DNA of 64,000 nucleotides from Octopus sinensis (GCF_006345805.1 NC_043004.1:57474001-57538000); one strand, 5' to 3'; counted from the first letter of the stretch, positions 40,950 to 56,029 are shown. Translations and numbers: made by a program. The notes: generated by a model from the letters alone, not told the origin.

Positions 40950-42099
40950 TTGTATAAGAATAATATATATGTGAGTGCGTGTACCTGCTCATGCATGCGT
41001 GTGTATTACAGTGAACTTAGTTGGACGATACTTAAAATGCTTCACTTATTTACTGACACACTATATATTAGCTTACATAAATTCCTGTTTTCTTAAGTTT
41101 TGATGTAAATATCTTATTGTAGAGTTGGATTTCCAACTCCACCACCATATCTTCCAGTGTCTCAAAGCTGATAAAGTACAGTCATAAACGACCACCTCCC
41201 TTTCCTCTTCAGTAGATTTCAATTCTCTGTGATCAACAGCAGGTTTTTCTACTTTTCTCCCTCATGAGTCATTTGTCTCTCCCCTTTAACTCTTCACGAA
41301 AGAAATTTTGTCTATGGCTGGAACTAGCAATTTGGAGCTCTGTTTTGTCCTATATATTCTGTTTCTAATTGGTAGATCATGATGTTTTCTGTCAGACAAG
41401 GGAACTCAAGTTTGATGCATGATTATTACAGAAACGTATATTGCAGTCTTACACTCTCCCTACACAGTGGCAATTTAAGACATGGTTATGCGATTTAGCC
41501 AAAACAAAATACACAATATGAAATAATGCTCATATATAATGCAATTAAATAGATGATTCTGAGAAATTAATTCGAGAAGCAATATACAAGTAATTGTATT
41601 AATCATGACCCTTACGTAGATAATTTGATTTCAAGAATTTCAATACTTTTTATATATTCTTGAGCAGTCATTGAACAATAACCACACTTGGACACTGAAT
41701 TGAAGGTTTTGTCGATCATATTGACTCTATGACTTACGTCAATATGATAATTATTTTATTGATCACTGTTTATAGAGGAGCTACGTTATGAATAGATATA
41801 AAAAGACAGATACAAACGCATACATTTATGTACATATATTACAGGCTGATGTACATTTTCTATCAAGTAAGTTATCAAGGTGCACCGCGGCACTCTAAAG
41901 CCGAGAATCGCGTAGTTGTGAGACGAATCACTCAACCAAAATGCTACACTTTCGACTTGATATGCTTCTATATAATGTAGATACCAATGAAACTTTTGCC
42001 TGTACCATAGGGATAACAACATCAGAAGCTAATATTCAGCAATATCGGTTTCAAATTTCGCATAAGACCAGCGATTTCGAGGGAAAAAGGATAGTGGAA

Positions 42100-42240
42100 T
42101 ATCAACCCCAGGTTCGAAATTTCCCCAAGACACATGAAGAAGGCCGGTGTGTATATCAGCTAAAACATTGTCTTAACAACAAAGAAGATGAGAACAAATA
42201 TCCGTCAAATGTAAATGATGTAAATAATGTATCAACCCTA
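42100..42240 (+). mobile_element. Degenerate copy of the 13690-13830 hammerhead repeat, lying between SINE E fragments
   Basis: ggttcgaaatttccccaagacac-AUGAAGA-A-GGCCG...CAGCU-AAAA-CAUU...ttaacaac...tatccgtcaaatgtaaatgatgt. Core mutated. Confidence 0.65.
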
Positions 42241-43477
42241 GTGTTTAACTCTTTATTTTATCGACCACCAAAGCATGGACGGCAAAGTCGACTTTAATGG
42301 AATTTGACCTGGGAGCGTAAAGACGGACGAAGTGCTGCAAAGCATTTTTTCCGGCATGCTGACAATTCTACCAGGTCGACGCTTTATAATATTCAGAAAT
42401 ATTTATCAGTATTAAATGAGCAAGAATCAATGTGTTCTAAGTTCAATTTCAGTCGATATCAACTTTGTCTTCCATTATTTAGCGGTGAAAGAAAATTGCC
42501 AATCCAGTCTTAACATCACTTGGTATTTTTGGTAGCTTTGGCAGAATGTATTACGTAAGCATTCGAAAACGGGTCTCTGGTTTGAGATTGTTTCTTATTT
42601 CCCATCCATCTTGGAGGATCTATATAGGCTTATGTGCATTGTCGTCTCTCCTGGTAAAAAGATATCAAGAACTTATACGTTTAAACTGAAGATGATATTT
42701 ACTAATTTATAAACAATGATACTATTTGGCCGTTTCAAAACAACTTGGATAAATACGATAAAATCTACACTTACTTATATAGGTTATATCTGAAATATAT
42801 ATGTATGTGCGCATACACCCACAAATATACACACAAACACACACACACACACGTATATAAGTAAGTATGCATGTATGTGTTTATGTGTTATCTTCTGTTT
42901 GTATGGATTTCGTTCGTACTACATTCTTTATTGTCACGAGATGCTTTTCCTGTTGACTTCAGAGTATGACCTGATTCCATATTGACATTTGCAGTGTATA
43001 ACTGTAGACATTAGCAATAACACTTGAAGCAACAACAAGAAAACAACAACAAATACAGCATAAAAAATAATAATAATGATAATATAATGACGAAAAAATT
43101 ACCATACTGTTTTGACATCTAATGTTCAAAATAAATTGAAAATACATTCTAGGTTCTTCTACTTCTATACATTCTTTGCGAGATGTTTTTGTATAAAAGA
43201 TGCGGCTATATTCGTTTTTGCATTGTTATTTTCAAGAATTGATTTTGAAGGTTATTTTCTGGAGAATGTAGGTTAGGGAATATACAACAGAAGTTATATT
43301 TAAGAAATCAAAGGGAGAAGTTTGTCTTGGAAGTTTCCTATTCGTAAATTACGCACATCATTGGTTGCATTTGAAATGACGGCACAAATCGCGAAACTGT
43401 GGCAGTATGTGCGATTGTGTGTGCAATTTTATGTACACAGACGTATACATAGTTCATTATTATATATATATATATAT

Positions 43478-43528
<51 letters not shown>

Positions 43529-43868
43529 ATATAAATAATCATGAACTGATTATATATCTATAAATGCACTATGTTGCCTATGTCACACTTTCGATCGACT
43601 GAATCCTGAAATTTCCATCGATCATTTTTCATTCGCAATGCAATTTTGGGTAAATATTAGCAAATATAAGAAAAGTAAAGCAAATAAGCGTCCAAACGAA
43701 AGCCAAATCCGATTCTTTAACAGATCAGCGCCTTAATACAAAAAGATTACTCTTACAATGTCAAAATGAGTGTGTGTGAGTATGTGCCACTCTATGTGTT
43801 AGTGATTTTACTGAGTTTATATACATATATATGTATATATACACACACACTGACACACCACACATAAC

Positions 43869-44070
43869 TTTTACCCTTTATCTTTTACGTATTTCAGTCA
43901 TTTTAGTGCGACCATGCGGAAGCAATACCCAGAAGGGTTTTAGTCGAACATATTGAACCCAGCACTAATTATATCGGTGTCTTTAGCGGAACCGCTAAAT
44001 TACAGGATCATAAATACACGAACACTGGTTGTGAAGCGGTGGTGGGGGACAAACACAGACACAAAGTCTT
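43869..44070 (-). mobile_element. SINE family A, 3' half
   Basis: tttcagtcatttt..gcgaccatgcggaagca...ggggacaaacacagacac runs into the expanded microsatellite. A degenerate 5' half at ~48045-48140 may be its partner. Confidence 0.75.
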
Positions 44071-44190
44071 CCCCATATATGTATGTATTTATATATACGT
44101 ATATATATAGATATATGTGTATGTATATATGTATATTATATGTGTATGTATATATGTATATATATACATGTGTATGTATATATGTATATA

Positions 44191-44520
44191 TTTATATACA
44201 TATGTGTATGTATATATGTATATATATACATATGTGTATGTATATATGTATATATATACATATGTGTATGTATATATGTATATATATACATATGTGTATG
44301 TATATATGTATATATATACATATGTGTATGTATATATGTATATATATACATATGTGTATGTATATATGTATATATATACATATGTGTATGTATATATGTA
44401 TATATATACATATGTGTATGCATATATGTATATATGCATATGTTTATGTATATATGTATATATATACATATGTGTATGTATATATGTATATATATACATA
44501 TGTGTATGTATATATGTATA
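44191..44520. repeat. 30-bp minisatellite TATATATACATATGTGTATGTATATATGTA, about 11 copies
   Basis: Six perfect units at 44221-44400, with variant units on both sides. Confidence 0.92.
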
Positions 44521-44608
44521 TATACATATGTATGTATATATATATATATTATATATATATACATATGTTGTATATATCTATATTATATATATAATACATA
44601 TGTGTATG

Positions 44609-44639
<31 letters not shown>

Positions 44640-44905
44640 GTGTATGTATATATATATATAATATATATATACATAGTGTATGTATATTATATATATAATA
44701 TATATTATATAACATATGTGTATGTATATATATATACAGATAATATATAAATAGATATACATATGTGTATATATATTATATATAACATATATATATATTA
44801 TATCTATTATATATATATACATATGTGTATGTATAATAATATATATACATATATATATAATATATATATATATATATACATATGTGTATGTATATATATA
44901 TATAA

Positions 44906-44942
<37 letters not shown>

Positions 44943-45304
44943 GTGTATGTATATAATATATATATAACATATATATATATATATATATATACATATGTGT
45001 GGTATATATATATATATAACACATATGTATATATATATATATATATATAATACATATATATATATATATATATACATATATACATATATATTATATATAT
45101 TTATATATATTTATATTATATATATATTATATATAATTATATATATATATATTTACTTATATATATATATATATATTATATATATATATATATAATATAT
45201 ATATATTATATATATATTTATTATATATATATAATATATTATATAGTTATATATATATTTATTTATAATATATATATTTATATATATATAAATAATAATT
45301 TATA

Positions 45305-47314
45305 ATAAAACTGTTGGAAATCGAAAAATGCTGCAACTCTCCCATGAAAAAGAAAGAGCAGACAAAGAAGCCTGGGTATAGAAAACATAAAATCTAACCC
45401 TAGAGCTTTCTACAGGTATGCCAAAGAAACAGCTACAGTGCACTGTAGTAGAATAGGGCCACTCCTCGAAAAGGATGGCATACTTACAGGAAAACCAATG
45501 AGGGTAAGTGAAATACTGAATGAGCAATTCAAGAGTGTTTTCACTCCACCCCGGGCATCTCCAATCACCAATCCAACTGACTTTTTTACCACTGCAGATA
45601 TAAATCAGAGGCGGCGACGATAGATTACATCGATATAAAGGAAGACGATGTAACCAAGGCTATAGATGAAATGAAAACAACTCAGCTACTGGCCCCGGAT
45701 TCCCGGCAATCCTCCTAAAAGCATGTAAGAGAGTCCTAGCAAGACCACTGCAGTTCCTCTTTCAGAGCTTCCTTGCAGCTGGCAAACTTCCAGGAAAACT
45801 GAAGGAAGGTAAAATATGCCCCATTCATAAAGAGGTAGCAGAGCGGAAGCCAATAACTATAGACCTATCTCTCTGACCCACACATCAGCAAGGTCATGGA
45901 ACGAATAGTCAGGGAAGAATGATCACCTTCCTTGAAAAGAGACTGACTGCTGCCCGACACCCAACATGGTTTCCGACCAGGGAGAAGCTGTTTAACTCAG
46001 CTCCTACAACACTATGACTGGGTGCTGAAACGGCTGCTCAACCACTCAAATGTGGAAGTGATATATCTCGACTTTGCAAAGGCCTTTGATAAGTCGATCA
46101 TGGATGATATGTCACAAACTGCGTGATCTCAACATAGTTGGAAAACTAGGAGAATGGCTTCATGACTTTCTGAAGGATAGAAGTCAGGTGGTAGTAGCCA
46201 TGGGGCCACCTCCATTAACACACAAATAGTGAGCGGTGTTCCGCAGGGCACTGTTCTGGGACCACTACTGTTCATAATGGCCCTCTCAGACATGCCCTCA
46301 GCCACGCAGAGAGCCACGATCACAAGTTATGCAGATGATACAAAGTTTCACAGGCAATACAGAACCCTGAGGACACTAAACACCTGCAATGTGAGCTGGA
46401 CGAAATATACAAGGGGTGAAAAGAATAGCATGCAGTTCAATGCTGGAAAGTTTCAAGCTTTATACTATCAGCATGCAAAACTGAATGCAGTACCCAATGA
46501 ATACACTGGACCGGAGGGATTGCAATCCCAGAGGCACAATCAGTGCGTGACCTGGGTATTCACATGAGTGATGACGCGACCTTTCATGTACATGTTGCTA
46601 AACTGACAATGAAATGTAGACGGCTGGCTGGATGGATTCTTAGAACCTTTAGGACAAGAGAACAAAAAACCATGATGGTCCTCTGGAAGACATTGTCCTA
46701 ACCACTTTGACTATTGCTCTCAGCTATGGTCACCATCCAGTGTCAAGTTGATCACAGAACTTGAGGCGATCCAACGAAGCTACACAAAGAAGATAGCCTC
46801 TATGCAGATGTAAGCTACTGGGAAAGACTCAAGAGATTAAATTATATTCTTGGAGCGTAGGCGGGAAAGATATGCCATAATATACATCTGGAAATCCTGG
46901 AGGGAAGTGTCCTGAACTTTGGCATTGAGAGTTACGCAAATGCCAGAACTGGGCGCCACTGCGTGGTGCCTAGGACTCCAAACCTGCATCAAGATGTAGG
47001 ACAAGATATGTGATAGTCTGGGCTTCGAGGCCCCACAGCTCTTCAATATCCTCCCGAAGAACCTGAGAGACCTGCATGGGGTGGATACAGATGTCTTTAA
47101 AATGAAGCTGGATTCTTCCTGTCAGGTGTCCCAGAGAACCAACTTCACGGCAGGAGGGGCAGATGAGGGCAGGCATCGAACTCTTCATGCACCAAATAGC
47201 AGGTTGCTAGAAAGCCTCCATGAAGTGAAACCAAGTAGCAACACCAAATGACGGTGCCCCAAGGCATGGCCACAGCTCATAAGCTGAAACTAGAATCAAT
47301 CAATCAATCAATCA

Positions 47315-47315
<1 letters not shown>
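45305..47315 (+). mobile_element. 5'-truncated, frameshifted CR1-clade LINE (RT region and 3' UTR)
   Basis: IGPLLEKDG..SEILNEQFKSVF, YRPISL, QHGFR, IYLDFAKAFD, SGVPQGTVLGPLLF, YADDTK. Ends in a stem-loop and (AATC)n. Flanked by (TA)n on both sides. Confidence 0.93.
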
Positions 47316-47356
<41 letters not shown>

Positions 47357-47385
47357 ATATATTTATATATAATATTTATATATTA

Positions 47386-47417
<32 letters not shown>

Positions 47418-47534
47418 ATATATCTATATGTATATATTAATATATATATTTATATATATATATTATATATATTATATAATATATATATATTATATATATA
47501 TATATATATATATTATATTTATATATATTATATT

Positions 47535-47566
<32 letters not shown>

Positions 47567-47705
47567 ATATAGTTATAATATATATTTATAATATATAATA
47601 TATATTTATATTATATATATATTTATATATATATATATTATATATATATATTATTTATATATAGATAGATATTATATATAATATATATATATTCTATATA
47701 ATATA

Positions 47706-47736
<31 letters not shown>

Positions 47737-47864
47737 ATAATATATATTTATATATATATATATAATTATATATTATATATATTTTTATATATTATATATA
47801 TATATAATAATATATATATATTATATATATATTTATATATATATATATTTATATATATATATAT

Positions 47865-47907
<43 letters not shown>

Positions 47908-48007
47908 CATATATATTATATATATATTTATATATATATATATTATATATATATATATTTATATTATATATATATTTATATATATATATATATAATATAT
48001 ATGTATA

Positions 48008-48039
<32 letters not shown>

Positions 48040-48968
48040 ATATTAGAAGATACCAGATACTCACCCAAGTTGCCATGCGGTTTACGACTCTCAACCCTGA
48101 AGTGTTTGGGTGAGAAGTAAGCTTCTTGCACATAACGACGGTACGAATGTATGCAATATGCATGTAATTTAGTACGTACACGTCTCATACACAGATACGC
48201 ATAGACAGCTACCTCACGTATATCTATGATGTTGATTGAGATGAGTGCAATATGCTAACAACATTTATGGTGGAATTTGATTACGAGATATTGTAATGCG
48301 TTTGACGAAATGGAAGAATTATTAACTGGAACAATAGAATAGTCTGTTATTGAAAACAAGTAAAATGAAGCTCTACTACAAGAAGAAACACTAAAATATT
48401 TCATAGTTTAATTTATTATTTGGGAATATATTAATAGTCGTAATTTTGGAAACGCGAGCGGGAATGACATTTTAATTTTTTTTATTAAGTACATTTATTA
48501 TTTTAAAACGATATTATAATTCAAATCTTTGTCTTGAAGTACTATATCTTTCGAAAATGGATGCTTTACAGAAGTCACTGAAATGCCTGACTAATCAAGT
48601 CAACTGAAGATATTTTGGGACAAGAGTAATCAAAGATTTTCAACATTCGATTGTCAACGACTCCTTTATGAAAACATATTTATAGATAAAAAGCCCCTTC
48701 ACGGTCTACTATATATCGATCCATCTGTGTTTAACTATCTACTTCGTGAGTTAGATATTGTGTGTATTTATGTGTGTGTATGTGTGTATGTGTGGATGTG
48801 TGTAGGTATGTATTGTATGTATGTATGTATGTATTGATAGGTAGGTATGCATATGTTCTCTTTTTTTCTTAATTTAGAATAAATTTTGATCGGCCACTAT
48901 CTTGATTGCAAGGTTGTAGAGGAAGACATCTGTCGTAACCATCATCCTTTAAATAGTAGGAAGGTCTT

Positions 48969-49068
48969 NNNNNNNNNNNNNNNNNNNNNNNNNNNNNNNN
49001 NNNNNNNNNNNNNNNNNNNNNNNNNNNNNNNNNNNNNNNNNNNNNNNNNNNNNNNNNNNNNNNNNNNN
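48969..49068. other. Assembly gap (100 N)
   Basis: Run of exactly 100 N, probably a placeholder of unknown size. Confidence 0.99.
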
Positions 49069-49564
49069 GCACCAACAAAATTCAGATTTTAAGTTAGCAC
49101 TATTTCTACCAAGATAGAATTCTAAATAGGACAAGATTTTTCTGTAGATGTTTTACTAAAGAAATATTTGTCTCATTTACATTTTTGTTTGACACACTGT
49201 CTTCAAAGAAGAGAAAAACACTTTGTTCTGTAACAATGGTTATGTGCATACATCTAAATCAATTGCGCAGAAAAGTAAGAAATTTAACTAATGCATCTAT
49301 TATATCATACATCTCAATACATTCCTGCCAATTTTAAGTGCAGATAGATGCGTCTGTTGTTAATTAGAACGTCTATCGATTAAAGCCGTTTAGAAACTAC
49401 GTAACTGAAAATTAAATGCAAGATTCTTTAAAAGTTATTCGACAAAACTGACTTCGTTTTAGCAGACAGCTATTTAACTATTCAGTCTTCCTATATAAAA
49501 TTATTTCTACATGAAATAAAATGAAAGAACTCACATGCATTAACATACATACGTGTATATGTAT

Positions 49565-49607
<43 letters not shown>

Positions 49608-49612
<5 letters not shown>

Positions 49613-50458
49613 GGTGCGATGGGTAAATTGTCCCCATTTTATATTTCTAATTTCGCGCATTGTTTGTGTTTTTGATTTTGTTGACTACACAGTATAGCAG
49701 GGTCTGTTGGGCACTGTCTGTCAGAAAACCAATACCATGATTCAATTCACTTTGCCAAAGATTTGGCCTTGGTGCCGGAAGCTCCTATACAAATATTTCA
49801 GAGTGGTTGTTTGTCGATCTGAGGACAGTGCAATTTGAGGACACGTACCGAAAGTGATAAAAATCAAACATCCAGTCAGCATCATGGTGTTTGGAGTGAT
49901 CACTAGCTATATCTCTATTCATCGTCCCACACGGCCTCAGACTCAATACGGAGGCCTACATCAAGTGCCTGGAGGAAGTAATGCTGCTCTGGGTCAAGAG
50001 GGTGGCTGCTGGAAGACATGTCTGGCAACAGGACTCTGTACCATGCCACACAAACAGAAGAACCCAGTCATGGCTGTTAGAAAATGTCTGCGACCACATC
50101 ACCCTTGACGTTTGACCGCCTAACTTCCCAAACTGCAATCTCCTTCATTATTATGTGTGGGGCGCAATTCAGTGAGAGACCAACATTAATCCTTGTAACA
50201 CCTAAGATGAACTGAAGGCAAGGATTATGGCAACACTCACCAACTTAAACAAGGGGACCGCCCAGAAGAGTTGCAGGAGATTCCTAAGTCGTCTGGAGGC
50301 CTGGGTTGAATCTAATGGCGGTTTTATTGAGTAAATTTACTCTTCAGTATTGCAAGATATTTTTAATGTAATTTTGGTAAATATATCTGTCAAAATGAGA
50401 TGTCAGTGTTATTTTCATTTTTGCGTAATTTAGACCGCAAATTATTAATCGCACCCTA
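49608..50458 (+). mobile_element. Deleted DD37D (maT/mori-type) Tc1/mariner transposon
   Basis: Degenerate TIRs (a/g)ggtgcgat flanked by TA. KHPVSIMVFGVITS...WQQDSVPCHT...V*PPNFPNCNLLHYYVWG...RLEAWVESNGGFIE*. There are 37 residues between the QQD aspartate and the third catalytic position, which here is H. Confidence 0.88.
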
Positions 50459-50762
50459 TACATGTGTGTATATATTTATATACATGGTGTGAATATATAT
50501 ACGCACATATATAGTAAATACATATGTATACACATAAATATATATTACATATACATACGTACACACACACATACACACACTTACACACAGAGACTCTCTC
50601 TCGCACAGACACATATGTATATAGACACACATGCACGCACATATACATACATACGTATATATATATATATATACATGTATATATATGTATATCTTTCTCT
50701 CTCTCTATATATATATGTATATGTATGTATATATGAATATTTACATGTATATATATATATGG

Positions 50763-50825
<63 letters not shown>

Positions 50826-51403
50826 ATACATATATACATACATATATATATTTTCTTCTATCAGAATAGTACAAAATACTCAGTTTTTTGTTTGAGTGCG
50901 TAGAAAAGCTACTTATGAATGAACATTTTCAAAATGTAATCATTATTAAGATGCGGATATCCTTTGAGAGAAAAAGTTTTGGCGAATGCCCTGTGATATA
51001 ACACCTGCAAGTCTAATGCATACCGGTAATCTTGCTCCTGCTTGTCACCAGATATTTAGTTTTAGATATTAAGAGACAAAAGTCATTATTAGCTACTGAT
51101 GTACATATGAGTAATATGAGACGGCTAGCATCTGACACGAAAAAATAATCAATATATATGTGTGCACATCTTTGCGTGTGTTGATGTGTGTGGAATGTGT
51201 GTGAGTGTGGCTTATGCATGAGTGTGCATATGTATGCTGTCTATCTGTGCATGTGTGTGTGTATGTGTGTGTGCGCGCGTGTGTGTGTGTAAACTTGGTG
51301 CTTTCGCTTGTTGAATGCTATCCCAACAGTAACAGAATATGCAGTGAAGAAAAGCTAGTAACAGACAGTAACAGAATATACAGCAGAGAAAAGCTAGGTC
51401 GAT

Positions 51404-51419
51404 TGACAGACAGACAGAC

Positions 51420-51496
<77 letters not shown>

Positions 51497-51536
51497 CATA
51501 CATACATACATACATACATACATACATACATACATA
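51404..51536. repeat. Compound tetranucleotide microsatellite (GACA)n(GATA)n(CATA)n
   Basis: Seen directly. Confidence 0.95.
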
Positions 51537-52495
51537 GTGAGATAGATAAAGGCAGAGAGAAAGAGAGAAAGAAAGGAAGAGAGGGAGAGAGATAATCATG
51601 TGGGATACAGAATATTGTCTATGTACAAAGAAATTGTGTTAACTAGATATGTAAATAGGAGTCATTTTGTAGATTTTTCGGAGATGTACTTCTCTAGTAA
51701 GTGATTTGATCTGAGACTGTCTTTTAGAGACAACGTCACAGTTGGTGCCACGAAATTCTGATACCAAATACGTGTTTAAGTACAGCTAACAATCTTTGTG
51801 TTTCTGAACAGATAATATGCACCTTCTGCACTGTAATTGCTGAAAGTGTAGATTAAAATATGTAAACGAATGTCTTACCTTATAAAGTGATACAGTTTCA
51901 TACTTGAATGTACACTACATAACATATTGCCTATGAAAATGACTGAACAAGCAACGTGTTTGTCAAAAATCATTTTCGTTAAGCTATTAGATAAGCATTT
52001 AACTCATGAAAATATTATTATTCTCTAAACAATATTACAATATTCAAAGAAACTTTCGAAGAATTTAACTATTGAAAAACTGTTTTCTGAACTTATATGA
52101 TTTATATTTCATAAACATGTTCAAATTGTGGTCTGAACTTATGTAGTTTTTTAAATATATAACAACTCTCTTCTGTATCATGGTTACTTTATTTTTAAGA
52201 TTCTGCTCTTTTCTAGGAACATTTTACTTTCTATTTGGCAGAGAGAAAAGTAAAAATATATATTATTAACAGGATTGTTATATTTTTAGTATTATCTTCA
52301 AGAAAAATTATTCCATCGTTTCTGCTATTGATTTAGAAAATGGCGTGTTTAAATAACTTTATTAAATGTGTTGCTAATACAATATATCATCAATATAATT
52401 TCGGTTAGATTTACTCTATATCGTATCCATTGCAAAGATTGTTTTGTAATTCATGTCATAAGAATACTATGATACTACTACTACTACTGCTACTG

Positions 52496-52534
<39 letters not shown>

Positions 52535-53274
52535 ATAATAATAATAATAATAATTTTTCAAAGAATTTCATTATACCCTGAAAGACACATTTTATCAAAT
52601 CTAAAATTGAAATATATATTCTATAATTAGTTTTAAATACGTTTAGTTTTGAACATTTGAGAGAAATAAAGAAATCGCATTGTAATATGAAGAATCAAAA
52701 ATAGCTTATATATTTCAGCGTATACTTCTCAACTCACAAGTAAATTGCTTCTACAGAATTTACAATAAAAACACCAATAATATATTCACTAATATTAACC
52801 ATTGCACAATTACTACCATTCTTATCGTCAGCAACAATGTATTTCTTAATCCTGATGCATCTGCATGTAAACCACGACAATCACATAAATATACTCCTTC
52901 GGCTACAATAATTTCTAATCGATAATACAAGGTGTAAGCATCTAATTTTTTTATTGCACACAAGGGAAATATTGGGGAAAGAATAAATCAAATCATTTGT
53001 GTTTAATAAGCTGTGAACTTGAGGCATGAATGAATATTCCCTTGAAACACAAAAATAATAAAGAGTTATCCAAGCCTTATATTGCTCTTACATTTTACTG
53101 AAACTTCGACAAAAGTTATTCCAGTAACAAAATCTTGAAAATAAGGTACAAGTTGCAAAATAGGAGACCATCAGCAAGAACAGTTATGATAGATTTTCCA
53201 TTCAGTCATTCGATCGTCTATTTTAGTAGTAAGCACCTTCCGTCAACTTCTCTCCATTTATCAACTGCTCAAAT

Positions 53275-53668
53275 GGGATGGATGGAAGCACTCCGTCGGT
53301 TACGACGACGAGGGTTCCGGTTGATCCGAATCAACGGAACAGCCTGCTCGTGAAATTAACGTGTAAGTGGCTGAGCACTCCACAGACACGTGTACACTTA
53401 ACGTAGTTCTCGGGGATATTCAGCGTGACACAGAGAATGACAAGGCTGGCCCTTTGAAATACAGGTACAACAGAAACAGGAAGTAAGAGTGAGAGAAAGT
53501 TGTGGTGAAAGAGTACAGCAGGGATCACCACCATCCCCTGCCGGAGCATCGTGGAGCTTTTAGGTGTTTTCGCTCAATAAACACTCACAACGCCCGATCT
53601 GGGAATCGAAACCGCGATCCTACGACCGCGAGTCCGCTGCCCTAACCACTGGGCCATTGCGCCTCCAC
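53275..53668 (-). mobile_element. SINE family B head with tail type i, full length
   Basis: TSD actgctcaaat at 53264-53274 and actgctcgaat at 53669-53679. Confidence 0.92.
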
Positions 53669-54525
53669 ACTGCTCGAATATCACCTGTAAAACTAACAAA
53701 TATGATAGTAGATTCAGCTGTTTATTCGTTTAGCATAATGCAGCTATCATTAGAAGTAGAATGTGGAAAAAAAAAAAAAACTAGAAAAAGGAAAAATATA
53801 TAGGGGAAATTCCCAAACTTTGAATCCCATATGTAATATGTATGTATTATATTTGAGAGAAAATGGATAATTCACAGTAAGCAAAAATATTCGAAATTCA
53901 AATATTTAAGTAATGAATGAAAAATAAACAACTAAAGCCTGTCGGTATGAAAATCATGACATTTCATAGCTGTTAATTTCGAATTCAAGTTACAGCAGAG
54001 CTTCAGCTGCAGTGGCGAGCCACTTGAGAACTGATTAAACAAACATATTATTAAATCCACGCTACCTGTGAATGGCAAACTCTTCGTTTATCAAGGGTCT
54101 TGTAAATAAAAATATGCACGAACAGACATTTCATTTTTAAGAGGTCAGTGTGTGATTTGTAAACAAGTTCTCCGATTGGACTGTTTATACTTTACAACGA
54201 TTGTTTGTATGTATGTTGAAATCCGCATAGGGGAGGTGAACAGGCACTACAAATTATGCTACTGAGTTAAAAACAAACCGTGAGCATTATAAGAGGTGGA
54301 AGGTGCAGAAAAGTGATAAAGGTTGCAATGTTCTGGATACGAAACATTAGAACAATATTTCTTGAAGATAATACTAAAAATAAAACCATCCTGTTAAGAA
54401 TATGTACTTACTATTTTTGTAAGGCTTTCAGCCAAATAGCAAGTATAATGCTCCCAGGAGGTGAGAAGCGGGGGTTGAGAGAAAGAAACACCAAAGAGGA
54501 CAAGAGAAACAGAGAAAGAGAGAGA

Positions 54526-54569
<44 letters not shown>

Positions 54570-54903
54570 ATACAGAGAGAAAAGGAAACATAAGGAGAGA
54601 ATGAGATATGTATAGGGAGAAAGTAAGGAAGTTAGGGAGAGGGAAAGGAAGCTCTAGTAGTATAGAAAAGATGTTCAACATTCCTACTAACTTATGTTAT
54701 TGGGTAGGTGAGAGTGACAAGAAACAAAAAATGGATGAAATAGATACTAAACCAGAGAGGATGAAACGCATTAACTTGAAGGAATCCGAACACAACTCAA
54801 TGCGTGAACCTCTATCGTTTGATGCAACCAAATAGATATAGCAGCAAATTTTCCCTCAAATGAAATTCAACATTCTACCTCATTAGAGCTATACATTAGA
54901 CAT

Positions 54904-55325
54904 AGGCGCAGGAGTGGCTGTGTGGTAAGTAGCTTGTTTACCAACCACATGGTTCCGGGTTCAGTCCCACTGCGTGGCACCTTGGGCAAGTGTTTTCTAC
55001 TATAGCCTCGGACCGACCAATGCCTTGTGAGTGGATTTGGTAGATGGAAACTGAAAGAAGCCGTCGTATATATGTATATATATATATATATATGCGTGTG
55101 TGTGTTTGTGTGTCTGTGTTTTTCCCCCTAGCATTGCTTGACAACCGATGCTGGTGTGTTTATGTCCCCGTTACTTAGCAGTTCGGCAAAAGAACTGATA
55201 GAATAAGTAATGGGCTTACAAAAGAATAAGTCCCGGGGTCGAGTTGGTCGATTAAAGGCCGTGCTCCAGCATGGCCGCAGTCAAATGACTGAAACAAGTA
55301 AAAGAGTAAAAGAGTAAAGAGTAAT
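54904..55325 (+). mobile_element. SINE family A, full length
   Basis: Colinear with 1038-1445. Tail repeats (AAAAGAGT)n. Confidence 0.88.
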
Positions 55326-55569
55326 AAAGTCAAAATGTGTTAGTAATGGGATGGTCGCATTCATAACTATGCTCGACCAGCAGCGACCTAGGGTTTAGCA
55401 ATAACAGCAACAATTAACCAAACCCTTTCATAAACAATCAAGATTCCAATTTGGAGAAAATGAGTGGAGCAGCAACTACATAGTTTGCGATAAGAAAGAA
55501 TGTAAAGAACAGAGGCAAAAACAGTAGAGCAGGTAAATCGGTTGAAATATTACGTAATATAGCATCACA

Positions 55570-55881
55570 TGTGGAGGCGCAATGGCCCAGTGGTTAGGGC
55601 AGCGGACTCGCGGTCGTAGGATCGCGGTTTCGATTCCCAGACCGGGCGTTGTGAGTGTTTATTGAGCGAAAACACCTAAAGCTCCACGAGGCTCCGGCAG
55701 GGGGTGGTGGCGAACCCTGCTGTACCCTTTCGCCACAACTTTCTCTCACTCTTTCTTCTGTTGGGCTGCTCGCTTAGCTAGCGGGGTGGCATCATTTGAA
55801 GGCTAAAACAATGCGAAGCGCATTGTGACCAGCAATGTGTAGCAACATCTGATAGCCTGGTCGGTCACGGTGATCACGGTG
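55570..55881 (+). mobile_element. SINE family B head with tail type iii
   Basis: 11-bp TSD atagcatcaca at 55559-55569 and 55882-55892. Tail ends (cacggtgat)2. Confidence 0.9.
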
Positions 55882-56029
55882 ATAGCATCACAGGCACTAT
55901 ACAGGTGATTTGTATATCGGTGGAGATGAAATAGAAGAATAAATCTTATAATAAGTAAATTAGATGAAATATGTGAACAGTAGAAGAGAATCTCTAACAC
56001 CGTGTGTGCGTGCGTGTTATGTATATATG

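Noticed and set aside
48869-49134. Three ORFs in the track
   Set aside because: They are open only because they span the 100-N gap.
52760-52963. 67-aa minus-strand ORF with a hydrophobic C-terminus
   Set aside because: No recognisable motif, splice context or codon bias. Hydrophobic frames are common in AT-rich DNA.
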